Source of the DNA: a virus
Virus genome (UHGV): UHGV-0187156
Reading direction: 5' to 3' (one strand)
DNA: 6,220 nt
The first letter of the stretch is position 1. Every line of letters begins with the position of its first letter. Position numbers and translations under genes: made by a program. The notes beneath the pieces are model-generated. The model was not told the DNA's origin. It did no database searches and saw only the letters and a list, made by a program, of their open reading frames with translations. Shown piece by piece: positions 5,093-6,220 of this stretch.

Positions 5093-6211
5093 ATGTACTT
5101 TTTTGATTGGCTAGACATCTCTCAGGATTTTGGAACGGATTTACCCATCAAGAGTGATTTAGTGTATCTGCGCCTCAATACAGTAACTGGTGAGCATGGG
5201 GCTGTGAATCAACCAACCATCCGCCATCAGGGCAGTTTTTGCGATCAGCTCATGATAAGCCTTAAGGGCTCAGAATTGCGCGTGTCCGGGAACCCGTCAC
5301 GCTGGGGTCGTCTTGATAATCTGTTTGGTCATGCCACAATTGATCAGTGTGTAGCTGTATATAACGGGGTGCTTCGGTCTATGGGGTTGCCTGAATTTAC
5401 CAAATGTACAAAAACACTTGTCGTACAGGGTGACAGTAACGAAAAAGTAACTTATACCAGCAATGGTGCGATGATAAGAGAAATTCACATCACCACGAAT
5501 ACGGCTGTTGGTCAGGGGAATGTGCTTGATTACATAAAGGCATTAAGCACTCAGAGATACAGAAACTCTACTCCCTATCTGTACCCTAATGGTCGCTCTG
5601 TTGATTGGCGCACCAAGTCAGGTAGTACAAGCCTTGTTTATCCGACCGTTTACGATAAAGCAAATAACCTTATTGATAAAAATTTAAATAAGATAATTAA
5701 GACTTTTGGCGAAAATTCGCAAGAGCATAAGTATTTAAAGAAACTAATTGAATATTGCCAAATCAACGGTGTAGTACGATTTGAGCAAAAGTTAAAAAAT
5801 GAATACCTTCGTAGAAACAATATGCGTTTCTGGGGTATTGCAAACTTTGATCACTTGGAAGTATTACAGAATCAATTCCTTGATATTGATCAGAAACTAA
5901 CGGTGACAGCCATGAACTTTGAAACTATCTCAGATCATCTTATTGCTGAAGGTATCGTAAACAATACAAAAGCCAGCATTACAACAGCTATGTATGCTTA
6001 TTTGTGGATGCAGGGTAAGGAATTTGATTTTTCAAAATCGTCAGTAAAAACGCATCGAGCACGCTTAAGAAAAATCGGTATTGATATTGCTATGCCTTGC
6101 AATATTTCCCAGTTCCAGCCAGTGGTGGTAAAAAATGTACGTCAAATCGAACGTCAGACATTAACCGCGCCAGCCTGGTATAAACAACCGCAATTCCTCA
6201 TGGCCGTCTAA
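5093..6211 (+). CDS. II: rolling-circle replication initiator (pII-like nicking endonuclease)
   Basis: 372 aa with AAGGTG SD 6 nt upstream. Recalled similarity to M13 pII (GVVRFEQKLKNEYLRR versus GLVRFEARIKTRYLKS). Positioned after the IG, as in Ff. Confidence 0.85.
   Translation: MYFFDWLDISQDFGTDLPIKSDLVYLRLNTVTGEHGAVNQPTIRHQGSFCDQLMISLKGSELRVSGNPSRWGRLDNLFGHATIDQCVAVYNGVLRSMGLPEFTKCTKTLVVQGDSNEKVTYTSNGAMIREIHITTNTAVGQGNVLDYIKALSTQRYRNSTPYLYPNGRSVDWRTKSGSTSLVYPTVYDKANNLIDKNLNKIIKTFGENSQEHKYLKKLIEYCQINGVVRFEQKLKNEYLRRNNMRFWGIANFDHLEVLQNQFLDIDQKLTVTAMNFETISDHLIAEGIVNNTKASITTAMYAYLWMQGKEFDFSKSSVKTHRARLRKIGIDIAMPCNISQFQPVVVKNVRQIERQTLTAPAWYKQPQFLMAV
5443..5455. repeat. dispersed motif copy AAAAGTAACTTAT (one mismatch)
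   Basis: Inside gene II, encoding SNEKVTYT. Shares the extended left flank AACGAAAAAGTAACTT with the 1051 and 3211 copies. Confidence 0.75.
5912..6211 (+). CDS. X: pX-like protein from an in-frame internal start within gene II
   Basis: In-frame ATG at 5912 preceded by GGTGA (5902-5906). Product begins MNFETISD, comparable to the MNIYDDSA start of M13 pX. Ff gene X is the C-terminal third of gene II translated independently. Confidence 0.45.
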   Translation: MNFETISDHLIAEGIVNNTKASITTAMYAYLWMQGKEFDFSKSSVKTHRARLRKIGIDIAMPCNISQFQPVVVKNVRQIERQTLTAPAWYKQPQFLMAV

Positions 6212-6220
6212 GGAAAAAAT

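Noticed and set aside
741-5455. Motif copies as a CRISPR array or known DNA uptake sequence
   Set aside because: Copies are irregularly spaced, in both orientations and inside genes, so not a CRISPR array. The sequence does not match the Haemophilus or Neisseria uptake sequences as I remember them. Only the general class (dispersed, frame-biased short motif) is kept as a hypothesis.
5297-5488. 63-aa minus-strand ORF inside gene II
   Set aside because: Antisense to the well-supported replication initiator gene; no SD; likely chance ORF.
1-6220. Integrase, transposase or toxin cargo
   Set aside because: All substantial ORFs are accounted for by canonical inovirus functions; no recombinase-like or toxin-like ORF is present and there is no coding space left for one.

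Overview
The window reads as a complete or near-complete Ff-like filamentous phage (Inoviridae) genome, linearised at the start of gene V. Gene order on the + strand is V, a VII/IX-like small ORF, VIII, terminator, III, VI, I, IV, a hairpin-rich intergenic region (IG), then II with a nested X; the last 9 nt supply an AGGA ribosome-binding site that would precede gene V if the molecule is circular. Gene assignments rest on remembered similarity to M13/fd proteins and on synteny, not on a database search. Three things are not explained by the standard Ff gene map: (1) a 13-bp pseudo-palindrome AAAAGT[A/T]ACTTTT present in 5 perfect and several degenerate copies, mostly inside genes and in one reading frame; (2) a minus-strand 64-aa ORF with a strong Shine-Dalgarno (SD) and a ribbon-helix-helix-like pattern, divergent from gene II; (3) a 19-codon hydrophobic ORF between the gene VIII terminator and gene III. 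No rRNA, tRNA, CRISPR array, integrase or transposase was found.
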